NCBI GenBank assembly: GCA_003553445.1
Contig: PWEK01000012.1
Coordinates: forward strand, 1,844 to 65,843
Length of the DNA: 64,000 nucleotides
Direction: 5' to 3'
Source of the DNA: Elusimicrobiota bacterium
GTDB lineage: Bacteria; CG03; SLGR01
Positions 48,560 to 58,199 of the stretch are shown in pieces. Each line of letters starts with the position of its first letter. The first letter of the stretch is position 1. The notes under the pieces were generated by a model, which saw only the letters and a list, made by a program, of their open reading frames with translations, was not told the DNA's origin and did not search any database. The translations under genes were made by a program, and so were the position numbers.

Positions 48560-48754
48560 ATGAAAAAGCATGAAAGGTTCAGTTTTTTATTTACGGGCGC
48601 CGCTTATGCAGCAGCGGGAATACTTATTCTGCTCAGGCCAAAGTTCCTTTACTACTGGATAGCCGGCATTTTTTTCATACAGGGCATTGTATCCATAGTA
48701 AGGGCTTTCACGGATTCAGAAGATAAAAAAGCAAAGGCAGGAGAAAAAGCATGA
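48560..48754 (+). CDS. Small DUF3096-like membrane protein
   Basis: AAGILILLRPKFLYYWIAGIFFIQGI, with GAGAGGA SD. Confidence 0.7.
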   Translation: MKKHERFSFLFTGAAYAAAGILILLRPKFLYYWIAGIFFIQGIVSIVRAFTDSEDKKAKAGEKA

Positions 48755-49167
48755 ATAAAAATATTCTCATATCCATAATAACGGTTATCATAATAGCCGC
48801 CGCTGTAATTGCCGCGTTAAAGTTAATTGATGCGCCACCGACCCCTGAAGAGTTAAAGGAAGAAGCCGCCGAAGAAGCCCAAAGCTGGATTGAAAACAAT
48901 TCCCCCACTTACAAATTTGATGGCATGAACCTTGAACTGACTGAAATAACCGAAGTCGACAACGGCAAATTTATAGCAGTCTTTGAGTTTGACTCCCGCC
49001 AGGCGGGATACGGGGACAGAACCGGGCAGATGCTTGCGCAGGTCATCACGCCTCACGAGATTGTTATCTCTATAGAAACTGCCCGGGAGACCGGAGAATG
49101 GAAAATAACAAGCGCTGTAACAGACGGCGTATATGACGAAAAAGCCGCTGAACGACTTGACGAATAA
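48751..49167 (+). CDS. Hypothetical membrane-anchored secreted protein
   Basis: N-terminal TM helix and motif-like SPTYKFDG...FDSRQAGYGDRTGQMLAQVITPH...AVTDGVYDE. ATGA overlap with the previous gene. Confidence 0.7.
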   Translation: MNKNILISIITVIIIAAAVIAALKLIDAPPTPEELKEEAAEEAQSWIENNSPTYKFDGMNLELTEITEVDNGKFIAVFEFDSRQAGYGDRTGQMLAQVITPHEIVISIETARETGEWKITSAVTDGVYDEKAAERLDE

Positions 49168-49307
49168 AAAAGTATGTGAATAAAACTTTGCAAACAGAAA
49201 ATCTAATTGTAAAATAAGGATATAGAAAAAAAGCATTTAAAAACAACGCGGTTTTCAGCCGCTTAAAAGAATATATAGGAAAACAAAGTCTTTAAAGGAG
49301 GCTCTTT

Positions 49308-50882
49308 ATGAAGAAAAGTTTGATTATTGCAGCAGTTTTTATGCTGTCTTTTACTGCAATCTTAAAAGCACAGCAGGTATCGGGAGTATCAAGGAGAATG
49401 CAGGGGATAAACCCTCAACTTGTAGGAGTGGTATCGGATGAGTATTCCGACTTCATGCTGATAAACACAGCCAACATCCTTGACATTGACGGCTACAGGG
49501 TTTATACGCAGCTTTCCAATCTTGGAATAGAAGGCAGCGACACAGCCCTTTCGGGAGATGCCGCAGACAACGACTTTCTGCTGGGAGGAGTAATGCCGAT
49601 GGAGTTCGGCAAGCTGGGAGGCTTTTTAATTAACCATATAGGAAGAGCAGATGCACCCATATATTACTATGACCCATCTGAAGGAAATATTCTTGACAGC
49701 GGACATTCTGGGGAATTTGAAACCATAGTAAAAAATGGTATAGATACGGAAGAATCTGGAGAAGCATATTTAAATGAAAACGAAATAATTGTAGATGCTC
49801 TTCTTGGCATGAAAAGACTTGATTTTGGACATCTTGGATTTCGACTCAGCTACAAACAATTACTAGAAGATGGTCTCAGCTCAAAATATTCTTTCACGTC
49901 TAGAGATGAAGAAGGATCTCTTCTGTCAGACATAGATGACGAAAATGAGGCAAAAAGAAAAAACACAAATATAACTGTAACTCCTTCCTTTCGCACATTG
50001 ATTGATGAAACAGTGATAGGCGCTATCTTGGGTGTTTCGCTTGTAACAGAATTGGACACAGATGAAAGGATCTCTTCATTTAGAGCATCCGCAGACAACG
50101 AAAATTACGAAGATTACTATGAACATAACACTATCATAGATAGCGAAACAGAACTGAGCGGATTGGGTATAAATATTGGAGGCGGCTTGCTACATCCCCT
50201 AACAGAGAACATCAATCTACGAGGATTTGCGACCCTTGGAATAACGAACCTATCTGGAGATGAAGCAGAATATTTTGAAGAAGAAATGATTCAAGGAACC
50301 ACAGATCCGGAAATTGTAAAATACTCAGAATTGTCAAAACAAGAAATAGATGAAAACATAATGGATATTTCTATCATATCGGGAATAGAAAAACAAATAT
50401 CTGAGAAACTCATGTTGGGAGCTGGAATTCATTTCCACCGTAATACAAAAACAACAGAAATGGAAGAAAAACGAACGAAAACCGATGATGACGGAGTTAT
50501 AACATATGATACAATGACCACAGATATGGAAAGAAAGATATCTATAACTAACTTTTCCTTACCTATCGGACTCGAATGGCAGGCAACTGAATGGATGAAA
50601 GCAAGAATGGGCGCTTCATACGTGATAAATTCATATAGCCGAACGGATAAATATGAAACCACATTTTATGAAGATAATACTGAAGAAGCGGAAAAAGAAG
50701 ATGACACAATTAAAGCAGAAGAAACCAGACCGGTGATTGTTACAGACAACGTAGCATTCTTTTCCGGTCTCGGCTTTAGCGTAACAGAAAACCTGGATAT
50801 TGATGTAACCGGCATGTTTGATAACGGAGCAAGCATCCTGGAGCTGGGGAACTGGGAGCTTTCGGCCACTTTGAAGTTCTAA
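49308..50882 (+). CDS. Acidic outer-membrane beta-barrel (porin/FadL-like) protein
   Basis: Signal peptide, AAGGAGG SD, strands LPIGLEWQATEWMKARMGA and FSGLGFSVTENLDID, terminal LSATLKF. Confidence 0.75.
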   Translation: MKKSLIIAAVFMLSFTAILKAQQVSGVSRRMQGINPQLVGVVSDEYSDFMLINTANILDIDGYRVYTQLSNLGIEGSDTALSGDAADNDFLLGGVMPMEFGKLGGFLINHIGRADAPIYYYDPSEGNILDSGHSGEFETIVKNGIDTEESGEAYLNENEIIVDALLGMKRLDFGHLGFRLSYKQLLEDGLSSKYSFTSRDEEGSLLSDIDDENEAKRKNTNITVTPSFRTLIDETVIGAILGVSLVTELDTDERISSFRASADNENYEDYYEHNTIIDSETELSGLGINIGGGLLHPLTENINLRGFATLGITNLSGDEAEYFEEEMIQGTTDPEIVKYSELSKQEIDENIMDISIISGIEKQISEKLMLGAGIHFHRNTKTTEMEEKRTKTDDDGVITYDTMTTDMERKISITNFSLPIGLEWQATEWMKARMGASYVINSYSRTDKYETTFYEDNTEEAEKEDDTIKAEETRPVIVTDNVAFFSGLGFSVTENLDIDVTGMFDNGASILELGNWELSATLKF

Positions 50883-50899
50883 AAGATTAACTCACCATT

Positions 50900-50938
50900 A
50901 AACTCCCTCTTCGGCATAAGCCGGAGGGGGAGTTTTTC
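50900..50938 (+). terminator. Intrinsic terminator
   Basis: AAACTCCCTCTTCGGC-ataa-GCCGGAGGGGGAGTTTTT. Confidence 0.85.
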
Positions 50939-50960
50939 TTTAAGTTCAGGTAGATAAAAA

Positions 50961-50988
50961 TTGACCGGCGTTTGAAATAACATATAAT
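50961..50988 (+). promoter_or_regulatory. Sigma70-type promoter of the kamA operon
   Basis: TTGACC, 16 nt, TATAAT. Confidence 0.7.
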
Positions 50989-51016
50989 AAAACAATGAAA
51001 AGAAAAGGAAAAAAAC

Positions 51017-52312
51017 ATGTGCGCTTATGAATTGACCGAAGATTCAATGTACAATGACGGGAATAAGCCCCCGGAGTGGAAAGATTATAAGTGGCACCTG
51101 AAGCACAGTATAACTACTGTTGAGACCTTTGAGAAGGCAACGGGAATTAAGCTTAAGAATAAACAGGAGATAAAAAAAACCCTGGAAAAATTTCCCCTTT
51201 CAATAACCCCCTATTATCTTTCCCTGGTAGATAAGGAAAATTATGAAGTGGACCCTATATATAAACAGGCCTTCCCCGATCCCAGGGAGCTCAGGGTTGC
51301 CCGAAACGACATGTCCGATCCGCTTCATGAAGATTCTGACAGCGTGGTTGAGGGAATAACACACCGCTATCCCGACAGGGTTTTATTTACGGTCAGCAAC
51401 AAATGCTCCATGTACTGCAGGCACTGCACAAGAAAAAGGAAGGTCGGAGACAGGGACTATATTCCTTCAAAGAAAACCATTGAAAAGGGAATAAGATATA
51501 TTGAAAAAACCCCCGAAGTCAGGGACGTGCTTCTATCCGGGGGAGATCCCCTTCTCCTATCCGATGAATACCTGGACTGGATACTTTCACGGATAAAAAA
51601 GATACCTCACGTTGAGGTTATAAGAATCGGAACAAGAATCCCGGCAGTCCTTCCTTTCCGTATAACCGATGAACTTGTAACAGTATTGAAAAAACATCAA
51701 CCACTGTGGATAAACACTCATTTTAATCACCCGAGAGAACTGACGGATTCTGCAAAGGAGGTTCTCAACAGGCTTGCAGATGCCGGCTTTCCGCTCGGAA
51801 ACCAGGCGGTGCTCCTGGCAGGGGTAAATGACTGTCCGAGGATAATAAAAAGCCTTATGCAGAAACTTGTTCAAAACAGGGTGCGGCCCTACTACCTCTA
51901 TCAGTGCGACCTCAGCAAGGGGCTTTCTCATTTCAGAACCACAATCAGTAAGGGAATAGAAATAATAGAACATATGAGAGGCCACACCAGCGGATTTGCA
52001 GTCCCCACCTATGTGATAGACGCACCCGGAGGTGGCGGTAAAATCCCGGTTGGTCCTAACTACCTGATATCGTGGGCAACAAATAAGGTTGTACTAAGAA
52101 ATTATGAAGGGGTGATTACAACTTATAAAGAACCCGATTCCTACGAGCCTGTATTCTGCGATAGAAAATGCAGAGACTGCAAACTTCAACTAAACCTTGA
52201 AAAGGCTAAGGAAGAAGAAACTCTTGGCCTGGTTAAGCTCCTTTCTCACTATGATGAAACTTACTCGCTCACCCCGCAAGACAACACCAGAAGTAAAAGA
52301 AACAAGGGGTAA
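51017..52312 (+). CDS. kamA: Lysine 2,3-aminomutase (AblA-type)
   Basis: [21 protein letters not shown] (radical SAM), [34 protein letters not shown] (PLP lysine), RNYEG, Zn tail CDRKCRDC. Confidence 0.95.
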   Translation: MCAYELTEDSMYNDGNKPPEWKDYKWHLKHSITTVETFEKATGIKLKNKQEIKKTLEKFPLSITPYYLSLVDKENYEVDPIYKQAFPDPRELRVARNDMSDPLHEDSDSVVEGITHRYPDRVLFTVSNKCSMYCRHCTRKRKVGDRDYIPSKKTIEKGIRYIEKTPEVRDVLLSGGDPLLLSDEYLDWILSRIKKIPHVEVIRIGTRIPAVLPFRITDELVTVLKKHQPLWINTHFNHPRELTDSAKEVLNRLADAGFPLGNQAVLLAGVNDCPRIIKSLMQKLVQNRVRPYYLYQCDLSKGLSHFRTTISKGIEIIEHMRGHTSGFAVPTYVIDAPGGGGKIPVGPNYLISWATNKVVLRNYEGVITTYKEPDSYEPVFCDRKCRDCKLQLNLEKAKEEETLGLVKLLSHYDETYSLTPQDNTRSKRNKG

Positions 52313-52314
52313 AA

Positions 52315-53676
52315 ATCAATATCTACAGCACAAAATCTGAATACCCGTCACGGATACTTGTAGTGGGAAGCTGGGCAAAAGAACAGGTTACTGCAGAGAA
52401 CATTAAGAAAAACCCCGGAATAAAGGTTTACTCTTATATGGATACTGAAAACCCGGGTATCATATCGCTCGTTGACGGATATAAAAAAGGAAGCCTTACT
52501 GATATCGAATCAATTACCGAATACGCAAAGCGCATTTCATGTGAACTGGCAGTAATAACAACCGCATCCCCGCTTTCAAAAGGCCTGGTGGATAAACTTG
52601 AGCATGAGGGTATCGCGGCATTCGGACCCTGCAAAGAAGCTTCCAAACTTGAATCAAATAAAGCCTATGCAAGAAACTTAATGAAAAAGCATAACATTGA
52701 CGGACTTCCTGAATTCGTCTCTTTCCAGAGCAAAGACAAGGCAGTTAAATACGCAGAAGAAATGAACTGGCAGGTAGCCGTAAAACCCGCAGGGCTCACA
52801 GAGGGTCTCGGAGTAAAGGTTGCAGGAGAGCAGCTTAGCGGCAGGAAGGAAATAATCAATTACATAGAAGAAATCCTAAGTGATAAAAAAGGCTGCAGCT
52901 CGACTGCGGTTATAGAGGAAAAAATTCAAGGCGAAGAGTTTGTCATACAGTCTTTTGTAAACGACCTGACAGTAATCCCTGTCAGAGCCGTGCAGGATTT
53001 TAAAAAGCTTCTCCCCGGAGACAGGGGTCCAAATACCGCCAGCATGGGCTCCTATTCCACAAAAAACAGGCTTCTGCCTTTTTTAAGCAAAGAGGATTAT
53101 GAAAAAGGCGTAGATATCATAAAAAATACTGTCAGAGCCTTCAGGAAAGAAACGGGAAAACTCTGCAGAGGCATTTTATACGGGCAATTTATGCTCACTG
53201 ACAGGGGGGTAAAGCTGATTGAGTATAACTTCCGCCCGGGAGACCCCGAATGGATGAATACCGTTTCAGTACTGAATCAAAATATTGCCGAAATCATCAC
53301 CGATATTATGAAAAATAAAACCCCGGTTATCACAATGCAGCCCCATGCAACCGTATGCAAATATATAGTCCCCGAAGGATACCCTCAAAAGCTCTATCAG
53401 AAACTTGATATAGAGATTCCGGAAGAAGAGATAAGAAATTCAGGAGTAGACATATACTACAGCTGCGGTAGAAGCGACTCCGGGAGACTTATACCCGGCA
53501 GCGAAAGGGGGGTGGCATTCATCGCAAAAGATGAAACTGTTCCCCTGGCCTGCAAAAAAGTAGATTCTGCCATATCAAAAGTAAAAGGAAACTTTTTTTA
53601 CAGAAAAGATATAGGAACCGAAAAGATGATTAGAAAAAAATCAACACTGAAAAAGCATTACGGAGGAAAAAATTAA
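52315..53676 (+). CDS. PurD (GAR synthetase)-like ATP-grasp amide ligase, divergent; start upstream of 52363, probably ATC 52315
   Basis: PurD fold motifs RILVVGS, NPGI, FGP..ASKLESNK, VKPAGLTEGLGV, IEEKIQGEE, QDFKK...GPNT..MGSYS, EYNFRPGDPE, VCKYIVPEGYP, FYRKDIG. The first strand RILVV lies before the GTG used by the ORF track. Confidence 0.85.
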   Translation: MNIYSTKSEYPSRILVVGSWAKEQVTAENIKKNPGIKVYSYMDTENPGIISLVDGYKKGSLTDIESITEYAKRISCELAVITTASPLSKGLVDKLEHEGIAAFGPCKEASKLESNKAYARNLMKKHNIDGLPEFVSFQSKDKAVKYAEEMNWQVAVKPAGLTEGLGVKVAGEQLSGRKEIINYIEEILSDKKGCSSTAVIEEKIQGEEFVIQSFVNDLTVIPVRAVQDFKKLLPGDRGPNTASMGSYSTKNRLLPFLSKEDYEKGVDIIKNTVRAFRKETGKLCRGILYGQFMLTDRGVKLIEYNFRPGDPEWMNTVSVLNQNIAEIITDIMKNKTPVITMQPHATVCKYIVPEGYPQKLYQKLDIEIPEEEIRNSGVDIYYSCGRSDSGRLIPGSERGVAFIAKDETVPLACKKVDSAISKVKGNFFYRKDIGTEKMIRKKSTLKKHYGGKN

Positions 53677-54154
53677 GCTAAGAGTAAGCAGAGAAGATGA
53701 CTTCACACGCATTCACAGTTTCGTAGAAAACTGTGAAACCCTGGAAAACTACCCACTGCATGTTTATAAAATCATACTCAGATATTTTTCTCAAACCTGC
53801 ATTATTGCCGAAGATGACGGTCGGTTAATAGGTTTTGTAACCGGTTTTTTCTCTCAAAATCAGAAGAATAAATTTTTTATCTGGCAGATCGGGGTTCACC
53901 CTGAAACAAGGGGAAAAGGAATAGCCTCATTAATGCTGGATAAACTTCAAAAAATTCTACAGAAAAAACAATGCTCCCTTATAGAGCTAACAGTATCTCC
54001 CAAGAACACTCCTTCCCGAAAGCTTTTTGAAAAAAACGGGTTTAAAAACAAAAGCGGCGTAACCGGCAGCATTACAAAAATAGATGAATTAATATGCGCA
54101 AAAGATTATTACGGACCCGGGCGAGACTTCATTATATTCCACAAAAAAATATAA
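53672..54154 (+). CDS. EctA-like GNAT acetyltransferase (160 aa; ATT start; the ORF track shows only the last 73 aa)
   Basis: Manual translation: IKLRVSREDDFTRIHSFVENCETLENYPLHVYKIILRYFSQTCIIAEDDGRLIGFVTGF...FFIWQIGVHPETRGKGIASLML...IELTVSPKNTPSRKLFEKNGF. GGAGG lies 5 nt before the ATT, and an in-frame TGA is at 53648. Confidence 0.85.
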   Translation: MKLRVSREDDFTRIHSFVENCETLENYPLHVYKIILRYFSQTCIIAEDDGRLIGFVTGFFSQNQKNKFFIWQIGVHPETRGKGIASLMLDKLQKILQKKQCSLIELTVSPKNTPSRKLFEKNGFKNKSGVTGSITKIDELICAKDYYGPGRDFIIFHKKI

Positions 54155-54168
54155 ACTGCCTGACTTAA

Positions 54169-55086
54169 TTAAAGAAATACAAAGACTAAATACAGATAAA
54201 CACAGAACACGACAATCAGCCCTCCCCCTTCCCACCTGCTTATCATCTTTGAGGTCACTATCACCGGCAGAAGTATAAGACTTAACAAAACTAACGTCGG
54301 ACCGTAAAATAGCACCTCACCGCGGGTAAAAAACGTTGCCCGGATAAATGCTGCTCCCCCTGCCACAAAAAGTATATTAAATATATTTGAACCTATAACA
54401 GTACCCAGGCTTATACGGGGTTTTCCGCATAAGCCCCCTGCAATAACAACTGAAAGTTCAGGAAGAGAAGTCCCCGCAGCAACAACGCTTAATCCTACAA
54501 CAGCCTCAGATAAACCAAACGTTTCGGCAAAACCCACAGCACTATTTATAATAAATTCAGCACCAACTAAAAGCAATGCAACACCGACGATGCTTGCAAG
54601 GAGGTTCAAGCCGACAGGTCCCCGGTTCCCCCCATTTTCCTTCCCTTTCCTCTTAATAAGCGAATAAAGATAGCCCACGCCCAATGCTACCATGATTCCT
54701 CCTTCCGGACGGCTTATAAAGCCGTTTATTGAAAAGACAAAGAAAACAAGAGATGAAAATAAAAGAACCCTGTAGTCTTTTTTTATAATTGCCTCATCTA
54801 CATAAATCACACTCAAAAGTGCTCCAATGCCGAGAACCACTGCCGTATTTGCGGCATTTGATCCCACCGCATTTCCTATGGATATAGCATGGTTTCCTTT
54901 AAATGATGCCGTCCAGGATACCGCTATTTCCGGAAGAGAGGTCCCTATACCTCCCCCTATTAACCCAACTATGAGAGACGATACCCGCAGGTTTTCTGCA
55001 AGCTCGGAGCTTTTTCTGACAAAAAGTTCTGCTCCGTAAACAAGCATTAGTATACCTAAGGTAAATTTCAAATATTCTACAAACAA
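54169..55086 (-). CDS. Ca2+/Na+ antiporter (YrbG/CaCA family); start probably TTG 55086
   Basis: Two alpha repeats GTSLPEI...GNAVGSN and GTSLPEL...GTVIGSNIFN. Confidence 0.92.
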   Translation of the reverse strand: MFVEYLKFTLGILMLVYGAELFVRKSSELAENLRVSSLIVGLIGGGIGTSLPEIAVSWTASFKGNHAISIGNAVGSNAANTAVVLGIGALLSVIYVDEAIIKKDYRVLLFSSLVFFVFSINGFISRPEGGIMVALGVGYLYSLIKRKGKENGGNRGPVGLNLLASIVGVALLLVGAEFIINSAVGFAETFGLSEAVVGLSVVAAGTSLPELSVVIAGGLCGKPRISLGTVIGSNIFNILFVAGGAAFIRATFFTRGEVLFYGPTLVLLSLILLPVIVTSKMISRWEGGGLIVVFCVYLYLVFVFL

Positions 55087-55233
55087 ACCACTGCGCCCCT
55101 TTTTGTTTCTACTTTTCCAGTAATCGCAAGAATTAACATTATAATAAATAAGAAGATTCTTTCCACTCAATCATAATCTCCGGAATTGCTCATTTTAATG
55201 CTTCAGCTTTGTTTTCGTTTTTCCATCAGCTAT

Positions 55234-55262
55234 TTGACAGTCCATATTTTATATTCTAAAAT
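55234..55262 (+). promoter_or_regulatory. Sigma70-type promoter of nfeD-floA
   Basis: TTGACA, 17 nt, TAAAAT. The ATG follows after 6 nt with no SD. Confidence 0.7.
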
Positions 55263-55268
55263 TTTGCT

Positions 55269-56738
55269 ATGAAATCTATAAAGACCATACTGGGCCTTTC
55301 TTTAATATTACTGGCAGTCATCTCTTCCAGGCAAGTCACACACTCCGGCTCAGAAAATTCACGCCCTGTATACCACATCCCGATAACCTCGGAGATAAAC
55401 TATGGGGAATACGGATTTGTTCGCAGAGGAATTGAAGACGCCCTCCAGGACAGCGCGGCGCTTATAATACTTCAAATCGACACTTACGGCGGTCGGGTAG
55501 ACGCCTGCATCGATATTGTAGGAGCCATTGACTCCGCCGGGGAGGTTCCCGTTTACGCATTTGTGGAAGATAAAGCCTGGTCCGCCGGCGCCCTTATTGC
55601 GCTGGCGTGCGAAAAAATTTACATGAAAGACGGCAGCACCATTGGTTCAGCAACGCCCGTGACGGGAGAGGGAGAAGAACTGAGCGAAAAATATGTTTCA
55701 GCCATAAGGGCTAAATTCCTGGCTACAGCCCAAAAAAACGGCCACCCACAGAACATTGCGGCTGCAATGGTAGATCAGAACATAAAGGTCTCAGAGGTTT
55801 TAATTGACGGTGAAAAAAGATACCTCACACCCGAACAGATTGAAAAGGCGGCTGAAAATAAAGATGTTACAATTAGCGAAACGGTAAGCGACAAGGGTCA
55901 GCTCCTTAATCTGACTGCCAGAGATGCCGCCAGATTCACCCTTTCGGAAGGAACTAAAAACAATATTGAATCAATACTGGAAAAAGAAGGCATGAGGGAA
56001 TCACCTGTGGTAAAGATCACAAAAAACTGGGCAGAACACCTTGCCTCATTCTTAACCGGAGGCATGGTAAGCTCCCTGCTGATGACCCTGGGTTTCTTGT
56101 TTCTCTTTCTGGAATTTGAAGAGCCCGGACTGGGAGTCCCGGGCATTTTGGGAATATGCTGTTTCGGCCTTTTCTTTTTCGGCAGGCATATTGTGTACCT
56201 GGCTGATTGGATACATGTTCTGCTGTTTGCAATAGGGGTTTTACTGATTCTTCTGGAAATATTTGTCATCCCCGATTTCGGCCTCTCGGGAATCGCCGGA
56301 GGAGCGCTGGTGCTCCTGTCGGTTTACTTTGCATTAAGCCCCTTTAGTGTTCCCAGGCAACCCTGGGATTTTCAGACATTCCAGATAAATCTTCTTATGA
56401 TTATGAGCAGCCTGATTGTAAGCATAATAGGCAGCCTTGTAATCATTCATAATATGGACAAGATACCCGGGTTAAACAAAGTAATGCATGCGGGCAATCT
56501 TGTAACCCCGAAAAGCTCCTGCAGCGGCGTTCAAAACCAGAAACAGCCTGAAAAAGCCAATATCAAAATAGGAACCGAAGGCACCGCAGTAACTGACCTG
56601 AGGCCGGTAGGAAGAATCAGATTCGGGGAAAGAATATTTGACGGCGTTTCTCAGCAGGGATTTGTTGAGAAAGGCACAAAGGTTAAAGTGATAGAAACAG
56701 GAGACAACAGAATCTTAGTAGAAAAAAAGGAGACATGA
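55269..56738 (+). CDS. nfeD: NfeD-family membrane serine protease (YqeZ-like)
   Basis: [29 protein letters not shown] region, and C-terminal OB fold (TDLRPVG). Confidence 0.92.
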   Translation: MKSIKTILGLSLILLAVISSRQVTHSGSENSRPVYHIPITSEINYGEYGFVRRGIEDALQDSAALIILQIDTYGGRVDACIDIVGAIDSAGEVPVYAFVEDKAWSAGALIALACEKIYMKDGSTIGSATPVTGEGEELSEKYVSAIRAKFLATAQKNGHPQNIAAAMVDQNIKVSEVLIDGEKRYLTPEQIEKAAENKDVTISETVSDKGQLLNLTARDAARFTLSEGTKNNIESILEKEGMRESPVVKITKNWAEHLASFLTGGMVSSLLMTLGFLFLFLEFEEPGLGVPGILGICCFGLFFFGRHIVYLADWIHVLLFAIGVLLILLEIFVIPDFGLSGIAGGALVLLSVYFALSPFSVPRQPWDFQTFQINLLMIMSSLIVSIIGSLVIIHNMDKIPGLNKVMHAGNLVTPKSSCSGVQNQKQPEKANIKIGTEGTAVTDLRPVGRIRFGERIFDGVSQQGFVEKGTKVKVIETGDNRILVEKKET

Positions 56739-57751
56739 TGGAAAACACAGGAATTCAGGCATTACTTATTGTTTTAGGTTTTATTTTACTGGTCATAGCA
56801 ATAATCGTACTTTCATTTTTCGGACTCTGGTTTCAGGCCCGACTGTCAGGCGTAAAGATAAGCATAGTTAATTTAGTCGGCATGAAGCTGAGAAAGGTTG
56901 CCCCCACTGTTATAGTGCAGGCAATGATAATGTCAACAAAGGCAGGGCTGCAGCTTTCACCCTCGCAGCTTGAAGCCCATTACCTCGCTGGAGGAAACGT
57001 AACGGCAGTTGTTAAGGCGTTGATAGCAGCAAACAAGGCGGGAATACTTCTTAATTTTTCAAAAGCAACCGCCATCGATCTTGCCGGGAGAAACGTCCTG
57101 GAAGCCGTCCGCACAAGCGTAAACCCGAAAGTCATTGACTGTCCCAGCCCGGATTCAGGTAAAACGAAAGTAGAAGCCGTCGCAGGAGACGGAATTCAGC
57201 TCAAGGCAAAAGCCAGGGTAACGGTAAGAGCCAACATTGACCAGCTTATAGGAGGGGCGACTGAAGAAACAATAATCGCCCGTGTCGGAGAGGGAGTAGT
57301 CACCACCATAGGCTCTTCAAAATCCCATAAAAACGTTCTTGAAAATCCCGACATCATCACCAAGCGGGTTCTTGAAAAAGGCCTTGATTCGGGAACCGCC
57401 TTTGAAATACTTTCAATTGATATCGCTGATATAGACGTTGGAAGAAATATCGGCTCCGAACTTCAGGCAGCCCAGGCAGAAGCCGACAAGAAAGTTGCCC
57501 AGGCAAACGCCGAGAAAAGAAGAGCCATGGCCGTCGCCCAGGAACAGGAAATGAAAGCCAGGATAGAAGAAAACCGGGCGAAGGTCGTCCTTGCAGAAAG
57601 TAAAATACCCGAGGCTATAGCCGAAGCCTTCAAACAGGGAAATCTGGGAATAATGGATTATTACAAAATGAATAACATAAAATCAGATACAGACCTCAGG
57701 GATTCCATTTCCAAATGGACTGAAAAAAAAGATGATGACGGGGAAAAATAG
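56735..57751 (+). CDS. floA: Flotillin-like protein FloA (YqfA)
   Basis: [77 protein letters not shown]. Confidence 0.95.
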   Translation: MMENTGIQALLIVLGFILLVIAIIVLSFFGLWFQARLSGVKISIVNLVGMKLRKVAPTVIVQAMIMSTKAGLQLSPSQLEAHYLAGGNVTAVVKALIAANKAGILLNFSKATAIDLAGRNVLEAVRTSVNPKVIDCPSPDSGKTKVEAVAGDGIQLKAKARVTVRANIDQLIGGATEETIIARVGEGVVTTIGSSKSHKNVLENPDIITKRVLEKGLDSGTAFEILSIDIADIDVGRNIGSELQAAQAEADKKVAQANAEKRRAMAVAQEQEMKARIEENRAKVVLAESKIPEAIAEAFKQGNLGIMDYYKMNNIKSDTDLRDSISKWTEKKDDDGEK

Positions 57752-57754
57752 TAT

Positions 57755-58120
57755 ATGGAATATCTAGTACTTATAGCCTTTGTAATAGTTGTAATAGGCC
57801 GGCTATCCAAATCTGATTTTTTTAAAGAGCTAATGGATCATCTTAAAGAGGACTTTTTCCCCGAAGATGAGAGTAGTCGAAGCCAGCGTGACAGAATCCG
57901 CACGAAAAGAATAAACCAGTTAAAAACGGCTGGCGGAAAAAGAAAGATAAAAAGGGTAAAAAAAACCCCACCGAAACCTGAAAAAAAAGTTAATCACGAA
58001 GACATAAAGGCTGTCCCAGAAAAGAAAAAAGAAACACCTAAATCCACGTCCAGGGAAAAAGACATTCTCACTGCCATAGTCTGTTATGAGCTTCTCAGAA
58101 AACCAAAATCAAAAAATTAA
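57755..58120 (+). CDS. Hypothetical protein (YqfB-position gene)
   Basis: N-terminal TM helix, basic linker, C-terminal AIVCYELLRKPKS, third gene of the nfeD-floA operon. Confidence 0.7.
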   Translation: MEYLVLIAFVIVVIGRLSKSDFFKELMDHLKEDFFPEDESSRSQRDRIRTKRINQLKTAGGKRKIKRVKKTPPKPEKKVNHEDIKAVPEKKKETPKSTSREKDILTAIVCYELLRKPKSKN

Positions 58121-58134
58121 CTTTACATACCTCT

Positions 58135-58178
58135 AAAAAAATACTGCCCGGAACTTAAAACAAGTAACCGGGCAGTAT
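58135..58178 (-). terminator. Intrinsic terminator between the convergent floA and opuA operons
   Basis: ATACTGCCCGG...CCGGGCAGTAT, with an A-run at 58135-58140 (U-tract on the minus strand). Confidence 0.8.
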
Positions 58179-58199
58179 GAACGTGACTGGTTTGTCAGC

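Noticed and set aside
51017-52312. kamA as EF-P modification enzyme EpmB or as part of lysine fermentation
   Set aside because: It is 431 aa with the Zn-binding CxxxCxxC tail of KamA/AblA type, and no efp, epmA or kamDE genes are nearby.
52363-53676. Calling this gene housekeeping purD
   Set aside because: The GGREH and GPE substrate motifs are replaced and no pur genes are adjacent, so no gene symbol is given.
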